Positions 1 through 10,631 of a stretch of DNA of 64,000 nt are shown here, piece after piece. Within the stretch, counting starts at the first letter, position 1. Each line of letters starts with the position of its first letter. The stretch comes from an uncultured Pseudomonadota bacterium (lineage in GTDB: Bacteria > Myxococcota_A > Polyangia > Fen-1088). The notes below the pieces were generated by a model that was not told the DNA's origin, ran no database searches, and saw only the letters and a program-made list of their open reading frames with translations. The stretch lies in NCBI GenBank assembly GCA_963847705.1, contig CAWKBC010000032.1, positions 416,001 through 480,000 of the forward strand, read 5' to 3'. The position numbers and the translations under genes are program-made.

Positions 1-96
1 GCCGCCCGGACGCGCCAGCTCTATCTGTCCCTCTCCGGCTTCCACGGCTACCTCGAGCTGGCGGCCGGCGCCTTTCTGTTCGTCCGGGGCCGCTAG
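1..96 (+). CDS. 3' end of a hypothetical (probably membrane) protein, truncated by the window edge
   Basis: Frame 1 is open from base 1 (AARTRQLYLSLSGFHGYLELAAGAFLFVRGR*) to TAG at 94-96, with GC3-rich codons, 7 nt before the next ATG. Confidence 0.6.
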   Translation, partial: AARTRQLYLSLSGFHGYLELAAGAFLFVRGR

Positions 97-103
97 CGCC
101 GCG

Positions 104-445
104 ATGCCGACGCCCCATGCCTGGCTGATGGCCTTTCTGGCGACGGTGGCCGTCGAAGTCCCCATCGTCGTGGCGCTGACCCGCGGCCATCCGACGCCGG
201 CCTGGCGCCGCGCGCTGATCGCGATCTTCGCCCAGCTCGTCACGCATCCGTTGGTCTGGTTCGTCTTCCCGCGCCTGGTCGGCCTCACCGGCCGATCGTC
301 CCTGGCCCTCTCGGAGCTGTGGGCCTGGCTGGCCGAAGCGGCGTTCTACGCAGTGGTGCTGCCCGGCCTCTCCTCGGCCCGCGCGCTGGGAATCTCCGCC
401 GTCGCCAACGCCGCCTCCATCCTGGTCGGGCTGGCGATCTTCTGA
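104..445 (+). CDS. Small integral membrane hypothetical protein (113 aa)
   Basis: About 4 hydrophobic segments; VEVP...THPLVW...ELWAWLAE pattern; typical codon bias. Confidence 0.75.
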   Translation: MPTPHAWLMAFLATVAVEVPIVVALTRGHPTPAWRRALIAIFAQLVTHPLVWFVFPRLVGLTGRSSLALSELWAWLAEAAFYAVVLPGLSSARALGISAVANAASILVGLAIF

Positions 446-506
446 TTGCGCTCAGGTGGTCGCGAGGCAGCGTGACCGCCGGTGGGTGCGGCCCCTCGCG
501 CAACGC

Positions 507-541
507 AAAAACCGCGGACTCCCTGCTGGAAGTCCGCGGTT
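507..541 (-). terminator. Rho-independent terminator after tRNA-fMet
   Basis: On the minus strand AACCGCGGACT-loop-AGTCCGCGGTT is followed by a T run, immediately 3' of the tRNA. Confidence 0.8.
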
Positions 542-547
542 CTGTTG

Positions 548-621
<74 letters not shown>

Positions 622-642
622 CCAAGTTCCGAAAGCCGGGGA

Positions 643-671
643 ACCTTGCCTGATCGTACAGGACGCGTCAA
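643..671 (-). promoter_or_regulatory. Candidate sigma-70 promoter of tRNA-fMet
   Basis: TTGACG-N17-CAAGGT on the minus strand about 20 nt upstream of the tRNA; the -10 element is weak. Confidence 0.4.
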
Positions 672-926
672 GGGGCGATCTGCGTCGCCGCACCTCTGCC
701 GACGCCGGCGCCGAGGGGCCCACCGCCACGGCGTTCGTCCCGGCGGGAGCCCTCTCGCTGGCCACCGCGCAACGCAGGCGGTGGCCCGAATTCTCCGGTC
801 GATCGCCACCACGCACCGCTCGGCCCCAACTATTTGACCACCCCGCGCAGAACGCGGCCTCAGGGCCCCGCCGCTCGGCTAAAATCGATGTTTTGCTGGC
901 TCACGCTTAGACTGGACAGACACTTT

Positions 927-2105
927 ATGCACGCAGGTCGCAGCAACCGACGATTCGGTTCGAGCTCTCTTATCTGGCTGACGGTGACCGTCTGCGCGCT
1001 CGGCACGGGGTGCTCGATGGGCTCCAGCGACGGGGGATCGTCGGCCGAAGGTGGCGCGATCGGCACGACCGGAACAGGCGCGACGAACGGAACGGGCGGC
1101 ACGAGCGGGCCGCTGGACGGGGGGAGCGTTCCGCGAGATGCCTCCTCGGCGACGGGCGGGTTGACCGGCATCGGGTCGGGCGGGTTCAACGGCGTCGGCG
1201 GCTCGACCGCGACCGGCGCGGCAGGCGCGATCGGCGCTGGCTCCGGGGGTGCCAAGGGAGCCGGCGGACTCATCGGCACCGGCGTCGGCGGCTCGACCGG
1301 CGCCGGCGGTGCAGTCGGCTCGGCAGGCAGGACGGGCGGCGCGGGCGGAGCGACGGGCGGTGCGGCTGGAGCGCGGGGAACCGGCGGGGCCACCGGGACC
1401 GGCGCGGGCGGCGTCACCGGCGCAGGCGGCACGACCAGCGGATTCTGCCCGTCGGGCGCGATCTTCTGTGCCGACTTCGAAGAGGCGAGCGGCCCTCCCG
1501 CGAGCGATCCCGTGGGGACCGCGACCTTCGAGGACCCGAACGAACCGGGGGCGACCTTCGGCGGCGCGAACGCCGTCATGGATCTCGACGCGGGCGACGG
1601 CCCGTTCGACGGACAGCAATCGTTGAGGATCGATCCCGCGAGCGCGGTCAGCGTCCGCACGCTGGTCGTCGCGGTCCCGGCGACCTTCTGGGTCCGCCTC
1701 TACGTCAAGAGCGACATGGCCATCGGACAGCCCAACCACAACTCGTTCTTCGGGGCGGGAACCGATCCGGTCTACGGCACGGGCAACTACGTCGAGTTCT
1801 CCGAACAGAACGGCTGCGTCCTGCTGAACAAGAGCGGCATGCTCTATCCGACGGGGACGACCTGCGGGGTCGACAGCGCCTTGTCGGCGAACAGCTGGCA
1901 CTGCCTGACCGCCGAGTTCGACGGCACGACCGGCAACGTCCGTGTGTTCTCTGGCGCGACCCAGATCATCAACGCCGCAGCCTGGGCGCCGGCGACGGAG
2001 GCCTTCAATTCGTTTTCGTTCGGATACTTCGCCTTCAATCCCAACGGCGCCACCGTCTGGTACGACGACGTCGTGATCTCGGCCAGCCCCCTCTCCTGCC
2101 CGTAG
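927..2105 (+). CDS. Lipoprotein with Gly/Thr-rich linker and C-terminal Cip1-like/polysaccharide-lyase-like beta-sandwich domain
   Basis: Lipobox-like ALGTGC; long GGT/GTGG linker; domain C...FCADFE...FWVRLY...W.C...WYDDVVIS...C. Start chosen at ATG 927. Confidence 0.75.
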   Translation: MHAGRSNRRFGSSSLIWLTVTVCALGTGCSMGSSDGGSSAEGGAIGTTGTGATNGTGGTSGPLDGGSVPRDASSATGGLTGIGSGGFNGVGGSTATGAAGAIGAGSGGAKGAGGLIGTGVGGSTGAGGAVGSAGRTGGAGGATGGAAGARGTGGATGTGAGGVTGAGGTTSGFCPSGAIFCADFEEASGPPASDPVGTATFEDPNEPGATFGGANAVMDLDAGDGPFDGQQSLRIDPASAVSVRTLVVAVPATFWVRLYVKSDMAIGQPNHNSFFGAGTDPVYGTGNYVEFSEQNGCVLLNKSGMLYPTGTTCGVDSALSANSWHCLTAEFDGTTGNVRVFSGATQIINAAAWAPATEAFNSFSFGYFAFNPNGATVWYDDVVISASPLSCP

Positions 2106-2220
2106 CGCGGCGCGTCCGCGCGGAGGCCGTACTCGAGCGACGTACTCAACAAATGGCGGCTCGGGTAAGATGGCGGTCCCCTTTCCCTCTGCCCCTCCCC
2201 TCTAGACTGGAGACGCTTAG

Positions 2221-3336
2221 ATGGACGTACGCCCCCGCGACGGAAGACCCGGTTCACGTTCCCTCGTCCTGTTGGCCCTGGCGATCTCGGCGGCCGCTGC
2301 CTGTGCCGGAGGCTCGGGTGGCACCGGCACCGGCGGATCGACTGGCACCGGCACCGGCGGCACGAGCAGCACCGGTGGGGCGACGGGCACGGGCGGCACC
2401 AACACCGGCTCCGGCGGCACCGCCAACGGCACCGGCGGGACCAATGTCGGGACCGGCGGCGTGACCGGCTCGGGCGGCGTTACGGGCACCGGCGGCACGA
2501 CCAGCACCGGCGGTACGACGGGCACCGGCGGCAGCAACCCGGGCACCGGCGGCGCGGCGGGCTCGAAGGGCACGGGCGGCGCCGGCACGGGCGGATCGAG
2601 CACCGGTGGCGCGACCGGCTCCGGTGGAACGACCGGCACCGCCGGGACCAGCGGCTGCCCATCGAACGCCACCTTCTGCTCGGGCTTCGAAACCGCGGGC
2701 CAGCCGGCCGGTTCGGTCTACATGGTCAACGCGGCCCCCGGCGACTGGAGCCGCGACTTCGCCATCGACACCACCCAGCACCACGCTGGAGCTTCGTCGC
2801 TGTTGGTGAAGAACAGCACGTCCAGCGGCACCTCCGGCAGCGCGTACCAGATGTTGGCGGTTCCAGCCACGGCGGGCGCGTTCTGGGTGCGCTTTTGGAT
2901 CCAGAGCGACATGCCGATCGGGGGCATGAACCACAACGCCTTCGCGGGCGGTTCGATCGGCGACGGCCCGAACGATCTCATGATCGAGTTCGCCGAAGAC
3001 GTGGGGGTCGCCTTCAACACCTCGGACTCGGATCAGTGGCCCACGGGCTATGGAAGACTCTCGGGCGGCGGCACCAACCTCTACACGTTGCCGGCGATGA
3101 CCTGGGAGTGCGTCGAGATCTCGTACAACGGCACCGGACGCGAGCAGCAGCTCTTCATCAACAACGTCCAGCTGATCGACGCCACCGGCTACCCGGGCTC
3201 GACCGAGGCGCTCACCTATTTCAAGTTCGGGTTCGACGCCTACCACGGCCCGGCGCGCCAGGTCTGGTACGACGACGTGGCGGTGGCGCCGACGCGAATC
3301 GGCGGCTGCCCGACCGTCACCAAGAGCAACAACTAG
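2221..3336 (+). CDS. Paralogous lipoprotein with Gly/Thr linker and Cip1-like domain
   Basis: Lipobox AAAAC; linker; CPSNATFCSGFE...FWVRFW...WECVE...WYDDVAVAPTRIGGC, collinear with the previous gene. Confidence 0.78.
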   Translation: MDVRPRDGRPGSRSLVLLALAISAAAACAGGSGGTGTGGSTGTGTGGTSSTGGATGTGGTNTGSGGTANGTGGTNVGTGGVTGSGGVTGTGGTTSTGGTTGTGGSNPGTGGAAGSKGTGGAGTGGSSTGGATGSGGTTGTAGTSGCPSNATFCSGFETAGQPAGSVYMVNAAPGDWSRDFAIDTTQHHAGASSLLVKNSTSSGTSGSAYQMLAVPATAGAFWVRFWIQSDMPIGGMNHNAFAGGSIGDGPNDLMIEFAEDVGVAFNTSDSDQWPTGYGRLSGGGTNLYTLPAMTWECVEISYNGTGREQQLFINNVQLIDATGYPGSTEALTYFKFGFDAYHGPARQVWYDDVAVAPTRIGGCPTVTKSNN

Positions 3337-3399
3337 ACGGCAGGCCGGCAGGCCGGAACCAGGGGTCGCGCGAGCCGAGCAGGCGCGACCCCGTGGCGG

Positions 3400-3849
3400 C
3401 TAGGTGGCGGCGCTGGTGTACTTGGCGATGAGACGCCCCACCCGCGGTACGGCCGCCTCGACGTGCTTCTTGCCGGTCGGGCGCAGCTTCTCATAGGTCT
3501 TCTTGAGGGTGCCGTTGGACGAGCGCGCGGCCCGCTCGTCGCTGATGGTGAGGAGCGCGTCCGCCACCTGACCTGCGCGCGCGCTCATGAGCGCCCCGAT
3601 CGGTTCGTTCTTCGCCTGGGCGTCGGCCCAGAACGGCTCGAGCCGGTTCACGAAGTCGTCCAGCATGTGGTCGACCGCCTCGCCGATGAAGCCCGGCTTG
3701 ACGGCCTTGACCACGGCGAAGGCGGCCTTCACCGCAAACCCCGAGAGTCCGCCCTTCGAATCGACCTCCTCCTCGATCAGCTTCCCGGCGTCCGCGACCA
3801 CCTTGGGGCGGTTCCCCGGCACCAACAAAATGTCCTTTAGGTTCGGCAT
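3400..3849 (-). CDS. DUF6918-like conserved protein
   Basis: MPNLKDILL...EEVDSKGGLSGFAVKAAFAVVKAVKPG...YEKLRP..KKHVEAAVPR matches my recollection of this family. Confidence 0.75.
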   Translation of the reverse strand: MPNLKDILLVPGNRPKVVADAGKLIEEEVDSKGGLSGFAVKAAFAVVKAVKPGFIGEAVDHMLDDFVNRLEPFWADAQAKNEPIGALMSARAGQVADALLTISDERAARSSNGTLKKTYEKLRPTGKKHVEAAVPRVGRLIAKYTSAAT

Positions 3850-3894
3850 GGCGGGGAATCTACACCACGTCCGGGCGACGTGGTACGCAGAGGA

Positions 3895-5189
3895 ATGCCT
3901 CGGCGGATCCTCCCCTCGCCCAGCGCCGCGCTGGCGATCCTCACGGGCCTGAATTTTCTCAACTATCTCGACCGCTTCATCCCGGCGGCGGTGATGCCCT
4001 CGATCATCGCGGCGCTGCACCTCAAGGACTCGCAGGCCGGATCGCTCTCGACGCTCTTCATCCTCTCCTACTCGCTGATCTCACCGCTGGCCGGCTGGCT
4101 GGCCGATCGCAAACCGCGGTTCCAGCTGGCCGCCGTCGGCGTCCTCGTCTGGAGCCTGGCGACGTTCGGGTCCGGGTTGGCGCCGACCTTCCTGGCGCTG
4201 GTGGTGGCCCGCGCGCTCACCGGCGTCGGGGAGGCGAGCTACGTGGTCATCACGCCGTCCCTCGTCTCCGACTACTATCCGCCGGCCCGACGAGGACGGG
4301 CGCTGGCGATCTTCTACGCCGCCATCCCGGTCGGCTCGGCGCTGGGCTACGTCCTGGGCGGCGCGATCAACGCGCGCTTCGGCTGGCGGTGGGCCTTCTT
4401 CCTGGCGGGAGCGCCCGGCGCGGCGCTGGCGTTCGCCCTGCTCTTCTTGCGCGATCCGCCGCGCGGCGCGCTGGACGTCCACGAAGCATCGGGAGACGCA
4501 TCGGGAGACGCATCGGGGGACGCGTCCGGCAAGGGTTCGGGCGGCCCGGCGCCGGCGCTCCCCTCCCCGCCGTCTCTCGGGGCGCTGCTCCGCATCCCCA
4601 GCTTTCTTTTCAACACAGCGGCGCAGATCATCTACACCTTCGTGGTCGGGGGGCTGGCGACCTGGATGCCGACCTACTTCGTGCGCGTGCGCCACCTGCC
4701 GCTCGCCTCGGCCGATCTGATGTTCGGCGGAGTGCTGGCGGCGGCGGGCCTGGTGGGAACCTTGATCGGCGGGCGGCTCGGCGATCGGCTGGCGGCCCGC
4801 CATCCGTCGGGTCACTTCCTGCTGGCCGGCGCCTCGCTGCTTCTGTCGGTTCCCTTCGCGGTCGCGGGGATTGTCGCCCCTTCGCCTGCTATCTTCTGGC
4901 CCGCGATGTTCGTGGCGCTCACCTTCCTCTTCCTCAACACCGGACCGCTCAACGCAGCGATGGCCAACGTCCTGCCGGCGCAGCTGCGCGGGTGGGGCTT
5001 CGCCATGAACACGATGGCGATTCACCTGCTGGGTGACGCGGCATCACCGACGGTCATCGGCTTCGCCTCCGACCGGATCGGCCTCAAGCTGCCGGTGCTG
5101 ATCACGGTGACGCTGCCATTCCTGGCGGGCCTGGTGCTGCTGGCCGGGCGCTCGGCGCTGACGCGCGATCTGGCCAAGAGCGGCGTCCG

Positions 5190-5193
<4 letters not shown>
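3895..5193 (+). CDS. MFS transporter (spinster-like)
   Basis: NFLNYLDR, GWLADR, RALTGVGEA and HLLGDA motifs; about 12 TM segments; GAGG precedes ATG 3895. Confidence 0.9.
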
Positions 5194-6014
<821 letters not shown>

Positions 6015-6191
6015 AGCTGGGCCACGGCGCGGGATCGGAATCACGGTCCCGATCCGACTCATCGCGCCACGCGGGGCGCGTCGGCTCCGCCGACGGAGCC
6101 GACCCATGCTCCGGCATCCAGAAAAAAATGCGCGCGGGCGCCCATTTTTCGGCTTCGCCCCCCATTAAGAAGACGAAAGGAAACCAATCCT

Positions 6192-6758
6192 ATGCAGTCA
6201 TCCATTCGCAGCAAAGTCTCGGGATGGGTTGGGGTGGTCGGCGCCGCGGGGGCGTTCATATCCGTGTTGATGTTGGGGGCCTGTGCCGGCAACTCCGATC
6301 CGGCGGTGGTCAAGGACGGGACCGGCGGCAGCACCGGGACCGGCGGCAGCTCGACCGGAGGAGCGACAGGCAGCGGCGGAACGCCTCTCAACTGCACCGG
6401 CGACAACGACGGCGCCTCGATCGTCACGGTCAACTGCGCGACCACCTTCTGCCACATCCCGGGCACGGACAACGACGGCACGGCCGGTGGACTCGACCTG
6501 ACCGTCGACGCCAACATCGGGTCGCGCCTGGTCGGGGTCCAGTCAGTGGGGACCGCGGACAACGGATCGATGTGCGTGGGCAACCCCACGCCGTACCTGA
6601 ACGCGGGCTCGAACCCGGCCACCGGCCTCCTCATCGACAAGGTCTCGATGACCAACCCGCCGTGCGGGGCCCAGATGCCCTTCGACACTCCGTTTCCGCT
6701 GACGACCATGCAGAGGAACTGCCTGGTCCAGTGGGCCACCACCCTGACGTCACCCTAG
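6192..6758 (+). CDS. Lipoprotein with atypical CX4CH (CATTFCH) putative heme-binding motif
   Basis: Lipobox MLGAC; Gly/Thr linker; CATTFCH and a distal GAQMP. Confidence 0.65.
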   Translation: MQSSIRSKVSGWVGVVGAAGAFISVLMLGACAGNSDPAVVKDGTGGSTGTGGSSTGGATGSGGTPLNCTGDNDGASIVTVNCATTFCHIPGTDNDGTAGGLDLTVDANIGSRLVGVQSVGTADNGSMCVGNPTPYLNAGSNPATGLLIDKVSMTNPPCGAQMPFDTPFPLTTMQRNCLVQWATTLTSP

Positions 6759-6780
6759 TCCTTGGCAGGAGCTGGGTCTG

Positions 6781-6808
6781 GGCTCAAGCCTGGGCCCAGG
6801 CTTGAGCC
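6781..6808. repeat. Perfect 28-bp palindrome between convergent genes (probable bidirectional terminator or stabilising hairpin)
   Basis: GGCTCAAGCCTGGG|CCCAGGCTTGAGCC is exactly self-complementary and abuts the pmbA stop codon. Confidence 0.75.
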
Positions 6809-8199
6809 TAGCTTCCGGCGATCATCATCTCGGAGACGCGGAAGGTCGGGCACTGCACCGACGAGCGGGTGTCGAGATCGTCGCCGACGGCGTCGACCCG
6901 TTTCCACAGGTCGTCGAAGCTGGCCGAGACGGTGATCTCGGTGACCGGGAAGGCGCGCTCGCCGCGCTCGATCCAGAAGCCGCCCGCCCCCTGGGAGTAG
7001 TCGCCGGTGGCGGCGTTGAAGCCGAAGCCCATCAGATCGGTCACGTAGAGGCCGCGCTCGAGGCGTTCGAGCTCGGCGGCGGGGGTGCGGCCGGCGCGCA
7101 GGATCAGGTTCGACACCCCGACGTGCGGGCTGCCGCCGATGGCGCGCGTCGCCGAGCCAGTCGAGCGGCGCCCGAGCTTGCGCGCCGCGTAGACGTCACA
7201 AAGGAAGGTCCGCAGGATCCCTTCGGAGATGAGCACGTTGGTGCGGCTGGGGAGCCCCTCGCCGTCGTAGGCGCGCGAGCCGGGCCCGCGCCGGATCAGC
7301 GGATCGTCGACCAGCTCGCAGAGCGGCGAAGCGACCGCCGTCCCGTCACGGCCGGCGAGGTAGGTGCTGCGGCGCCAGAGCGCGCCGCCGGAGAGCACGC
7401 CGGCCAGCTGGCCGACGAGGCCGCGGCCCGCCTCGGGAGAGAAGACCACCGGCGCGGCACCGGTCGGGATCTTGCGCGCGCCCAGCTTGGCCAGCGTGCG
7501 GCGGGCGGCCTCCAGGCCAATCGCCTCCGGATCGCCGAGGCCGGCGGCGAAGCGCGAGGCGCTCCAGTAGACGCCGTTGCGCTTCTTGCCGTCGGCGTCG
7601 TCGCAGATTGGCTCCACGGCGAACGAGACGTGCGTCCCGCGCGCCGAGCCCGAGAACCCCGCCGAGGTGGCGAACGCCGAGGCGCCCACGCTGCGCCCGA
7701 AGACGGCGCCGTCGGAGTTGGTGATCCGCTTGTCGAGCTTGAGCGCGGCCGCCTCACCGGCGCGGGCGCGCCGCAGCCCCTCGGCCACGTCGAGCGACAG
7801 CACCGACTCGTCCCACAGATCGAGGTCGGGGAGCTCGCGTGCCATCTCCTCGCGCGCCGGCAGCTCGCCGGACGGATCGGCCTCCGACAGCTCCGCCAGC
7901 TCGACGCTCTCGCGCGCGAACCGCTCCATCGCCGCCGGCGTGAAGTCGGAGGTGTAGGTGACGGCCGAGCGCGCGTCCTTGAGCACCCGCAGCCCCAGCG
8001 CGCGGCTGCCCGCCTCCTTGATCAGCTCCGTCTCGCCCAGCCGGACCTTGGCCTCGAGCTCGGTGCCGTCTCGCACCAGCACCTCCGCGCCGTCGGCGCC
8101 GGCCTTGAGCGTGAGTGCCAGCATCTGCTCGGCGAGCCGCTGGCAGGTCTTGGGGTCGGGCAGACGCCGCCCCGCTGGGTCGACGCGCGCGGCGCTCAT
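6808..8199 (-). CDS. pmbA: TldE/PmbA family protein
   Basis: SRAYDGEG, GDYSQGAGGFWIERGE and C-terminal MMIAGS; adjacent to tldD. Confidence 0.9.
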   Translation of the reverse strand: MSAARVDPAGRRLPDPKTCQRLAEQMLALTLKAGADGAEVLVRDGTELEAKVRLGETELIKEAGSRALGLRVLKDARSAVTYTSDFTPAAMERFARESVELAELSEADPSGELPAREEMARELPDLDLWDESVLSLDVAEGLRRARAGEAAALKLDKRITNSDGAVFGRSVGASAFATSAGFSGSARGTHVSFAVEPICDDADGKKRNGVYWSASRFAAGLGDPEAIGLEAARRTLAKLGARKIPTGAAPVVFSPEAGRGLVGQLAGVLSGGALWRRSTYLAGRDGTAVASPLCELVDDPLIRRGPGSRAYDGEGLPSRTNVLISEGILRTFLCDVYAARKLGRRSTGSATRAIGGSPHVGVSNLILRAGRTPAAELERLERGLYVTDLMGFGFNAATGDYSQGAGGFWIERGERAFPVTEITVSASFDDLWKRVDAVGDDLDTRSSVQCPTFRVSEMMIAGS

Positions 8200-8226
8200 C
8201 GGGACCTCATTGGCAAGCTCATCGGG

Positions 8227-9654
8227 TCATTCATCGAGTCTTGGTCCCACCGACGGTGATCTCTTGATCTTCATGGTCGGCGTGCCGATGCCGACCGGCA
8301 CCGACTGCCCGTCCTTGCCACAGGTCCAGGTCCCCTGCGACAGCTCGAAGTCGGCGCCCAGCATCGTCACGTTGCGCAGCACCTCCGGCCCGTTGCCGAT
8401 CAGGTTCGTCCCCTTGAGCGGCGCCGTCAGCTTGCCGTCCTCGATGAGATAGCTCTCGGTCAAGGCGAAGACGAAGTCGCCGTTCGAGATGTTGACCTGC
8501 CCCCCGGCGAACCGCTTGGCGTAGACGCCGCGCTTGACCGACTTGATGATCTCCTCCGGATCGTCCTGCCCCGGCGCCAGGAAGGTGTTGGTCATGCGGG
8601 GCAGCGGCTCGTGCCGAAAGCTCTGGCGGCGGCCGTTCCCCGAGGGCGCCAGGCCGAAGTGCTTCGACGAGAGGCGATCCTGCATGTAGCCGACGAGAAC
8701 GCCATTCTCGATGAGGACGTTGCGACGTCCCGGGTTCCCCTCGTCGTCGACGTTGATCGAGCCCCGCGCGTTGTCGAGGGTGCCGTCGTCGACCACCGTG
8801 CAGAGTGAGGAGGCGACCGGCTGTCCGATCCGATCGGCATAGTTCGAGGTCCGCTTGCGGGCGAAGTCGGCCTCCAGGCCGTGGCCCACCGCCTCGTGCA
8901 AGAGGATCCCCGACTCGCCCGCTCCCAGCACCACCTCCATCGGCCCGGCCGGCGCCTCCACCGCGTGCAGCATCCCGATCGCCAGGCGCGCCGCCTCGCG
9001 CCCCTGCTCCTCCGGGCTCTGCCCGGGACGGGCGAAGAACTCCAGGCCGAAGCGCCCGGCACCGCCGGACCGCCCGACCTGCCGCTGCCGGCCGGCCCCT
9101 TCGCCCTCCTCGGCCACGGCGCTGACGCCGAAGCGGATCATCGGCTGGCTGTCGCGCGCCAGGTGACCGTCGGAGGTCACCACCAACATGTCGCGCTGCT
9201 CCTCGGCGAGCGACGCCTCCACCCGCACGATGCGCGGATCGAAGGCGCGCGCCGCGGCGTCGGCCCGGCGCAAGAGCGCGATCTTGTCGACGCCGGGACG
9301 CGCCTCCGTCGGCTCCGAGACCGGATAGCGATCGGCGAGCGCCACCGGCTGGATCGAGAGGGGACCGGGGGCGTCGCCGCTGGAAGCGATCTGCGCCGCC
9401 GTGCGGGCAGCCTCCAGCATGCGATCTTCGGCCAGTTCCTCGGTGTAGGCGTAACCGGTGGCGTCGCCGCGCAGAACGCGCACGCCGAGCCCCAGCGTCA
9501 CGCCGCGCCCGACGGTCCGCACCCGCCCATCCTCGAGCACGAAGTCGGCGCCCGAGCGGTGCTCGAAGTAGAGATCGGCGTAGTCGCCACCCGAGCTGAG
9601 CGCCGCCGCCAACAGGCGCTCCGCCAGCACGGCATCGATCGCGTCCAGGATCAT
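8227..9654 (-). CDS. tldD: TldD metalloprotease; apparent 1-nt deletion near the 3' end (about 8263)
   Basis: LLHEAVGHGLEAD, PRMTNT and CGKDGQSVPVG motifs. Adding one G restores the expected end KIKEITVGGT (stop at 8231). Confidence 0.92.
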   Translation of the reverse strand: MILDAIDAVLAERLLAAALSSGGDYADLYFEHRSGADFVLEDGRVRTVGRGVTLGLGVRVLRGDATGYAYTEELAEDRMLEAARTAAQIASSGDAPGPLSIQPVALADRYPVSEPTEARPGVDKIALLRRADAAARAFDPRIVRVEASLAEEQRDMLVVTSDGHLARDSQPMIRFGVSAVAEEGEGAGRQRQVGRSGGAGRFGLEFFARPGQSPEEQGREAARLAIGMLHAVEAPAGPMEVVLGAGESGILLHEAVGHGLEADFARKRTSNYADRIGQPVASSLCTVVDDGTLDNARGSINVDDEGNPGRRNVLIENGVLVGYMQDRLSSKHFGLAPSGNGRRQSFRHEPLPRMTNTFLAPGQDDPEEIIKSVKRGVYAKRFAGGQVNISNGDFVFALTESYLIEDGKLTAPLKGTNLIGNGPEVLRNVTMLGADFELSQGTWTCGKDGQSVPVGIGTPTMKIKRSPSVGPRLDE

Positions 9655-10042
9655 GAGTGTCTCTCCGAGGCGCGCCACATCGCTGCGCGTCGCATCTGGC
9701 TGATCATCCGAAGGATCATGGCCGACGGGTGGCCGTCGGTGCCAGTGATGATTTCGCGCCAGCCGATCCCCGGCGGCGCCAGGTCATTTTCGGCCGAAGC
9801 GGGCTGGCCAGGGGGGGCGGCGGCCCGGCAGCTCGAGCAGACGGCGGGCGCGCTCCCCGCGCTCGCCCTGGCTCCCGGTCGACAGCACCGCGCCGGGTCG
9901 ACAGCCGCGGCTGAAGGAGATCGGGGAAGTTCAAGTTGAGCGCGCGAAGCTCCACCTCGATGAGTCTCGGGAATTCGCGCGCCGGGCGGCCAGCGCCCCG
10001 CGGCGCTGCCCTGCCTTGCTGTCGCGTTGGCGCCTGGGGGCC

Positions 10043-10597
10043 TCAGTAGCGCTCGGGCGGAACGCCGAGCTCGCCGCCGGTGTCGTCGTTCTTGATCTTG
10101 CAGAGACCGCGCACTTCGACCTGACGGATCCGCTCGCGGGTGAGGTTCAGGATCGCCCCCACCTCTTCCAGCGTGATGCCACCGCGATCGGCGACGTCCA
10201 GCGAGCAGGTCTCCGCCATCTCCCAGACCTCCAGATGCGGGAAGTTCAGCTTGATGGCGCCCGTCTCCGGGTTCACGTCGAGATAGAGGTGGTGCGAGCA
10301 CGACACGAACGGGCAGGGACGCGCCATCTGGCTGCAGTGTTCGCGCATCTTCGGCCGGTCGACGTCGTCGGGATAGACCAGCAGCTCCGACAGCCGGCGC
10401 TCGTCGCGCGTCAGCCTTTTGGGGGCGATGGTCTTCGAGCGCACCCGCCCGTCGCGACCGGCGGAGTGCACCTTGCGGCGAATCCGCGCCACCTCCGGTT
10501 GCGGCGCGTCCTCGTCTTCGACGGCGCCAGCGTGCTTCAGGTTCAGATCGTCGCTGTTGTCCGCTTCCAGTTCCAATTCCAATTCCAATTCATCCAT
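10043..10597 (-). CDS. DNA-binding protein with Cys/His cluster and C-terminal sigma-70 region-4-like HTH
   Basis: [14 protein letters not shown]...ETCSLD followed by [20 protein letters not shown] (sigma4 signature); no sigma region 2. Confidence 0.8.
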   Translation of the reverse strand: MDELELELELEADNSDDLNLKHAGAVEDEDAPQPEVARIRRKVHSAGRDGRVRSKTIAPKRLTRDERRLSELLVYPDDVDRPKMREHCSQMARPCPFVSCSHHLYLDVNPETGAIKLNFPHLEVWEMAETCSLDVADRGGITLEEVGAILNLTRERIRQVEVRGLCKIKNDDTGGELGVPPERY

Positions 10598-10631
10598 GGG
10601 CTCCTCCTCGGTCGGTCGGCTTGGCCACGGG

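Noticed and set aside
545-547. Both tRNAs end in A-CAA rather than A-CCA (also 50773-50775)
   Set aside because: Non-encoded CCA is common and is added by the CCA-adding enzyme; this does not indicate pseudo-tRNAs.
1040-2660. GGCACC/GGCGGC-rich repetitive DNA resembling an array
   Set aside because: These are coding Gly/Thr linkers with no constant repeat-spacer periodicity, so not CRISPR.
9660-10040. 380-nt intergenic region with a GCGCGCGAA...TTCGCGCGC hairpin (about 9940-9982) as a possible ncRNA or small ORF
   Set aside because: No recognisable RNA family motif or convincing ORF, and hairpins are expected at this GC content. An Rfam/covariation search would be needed.
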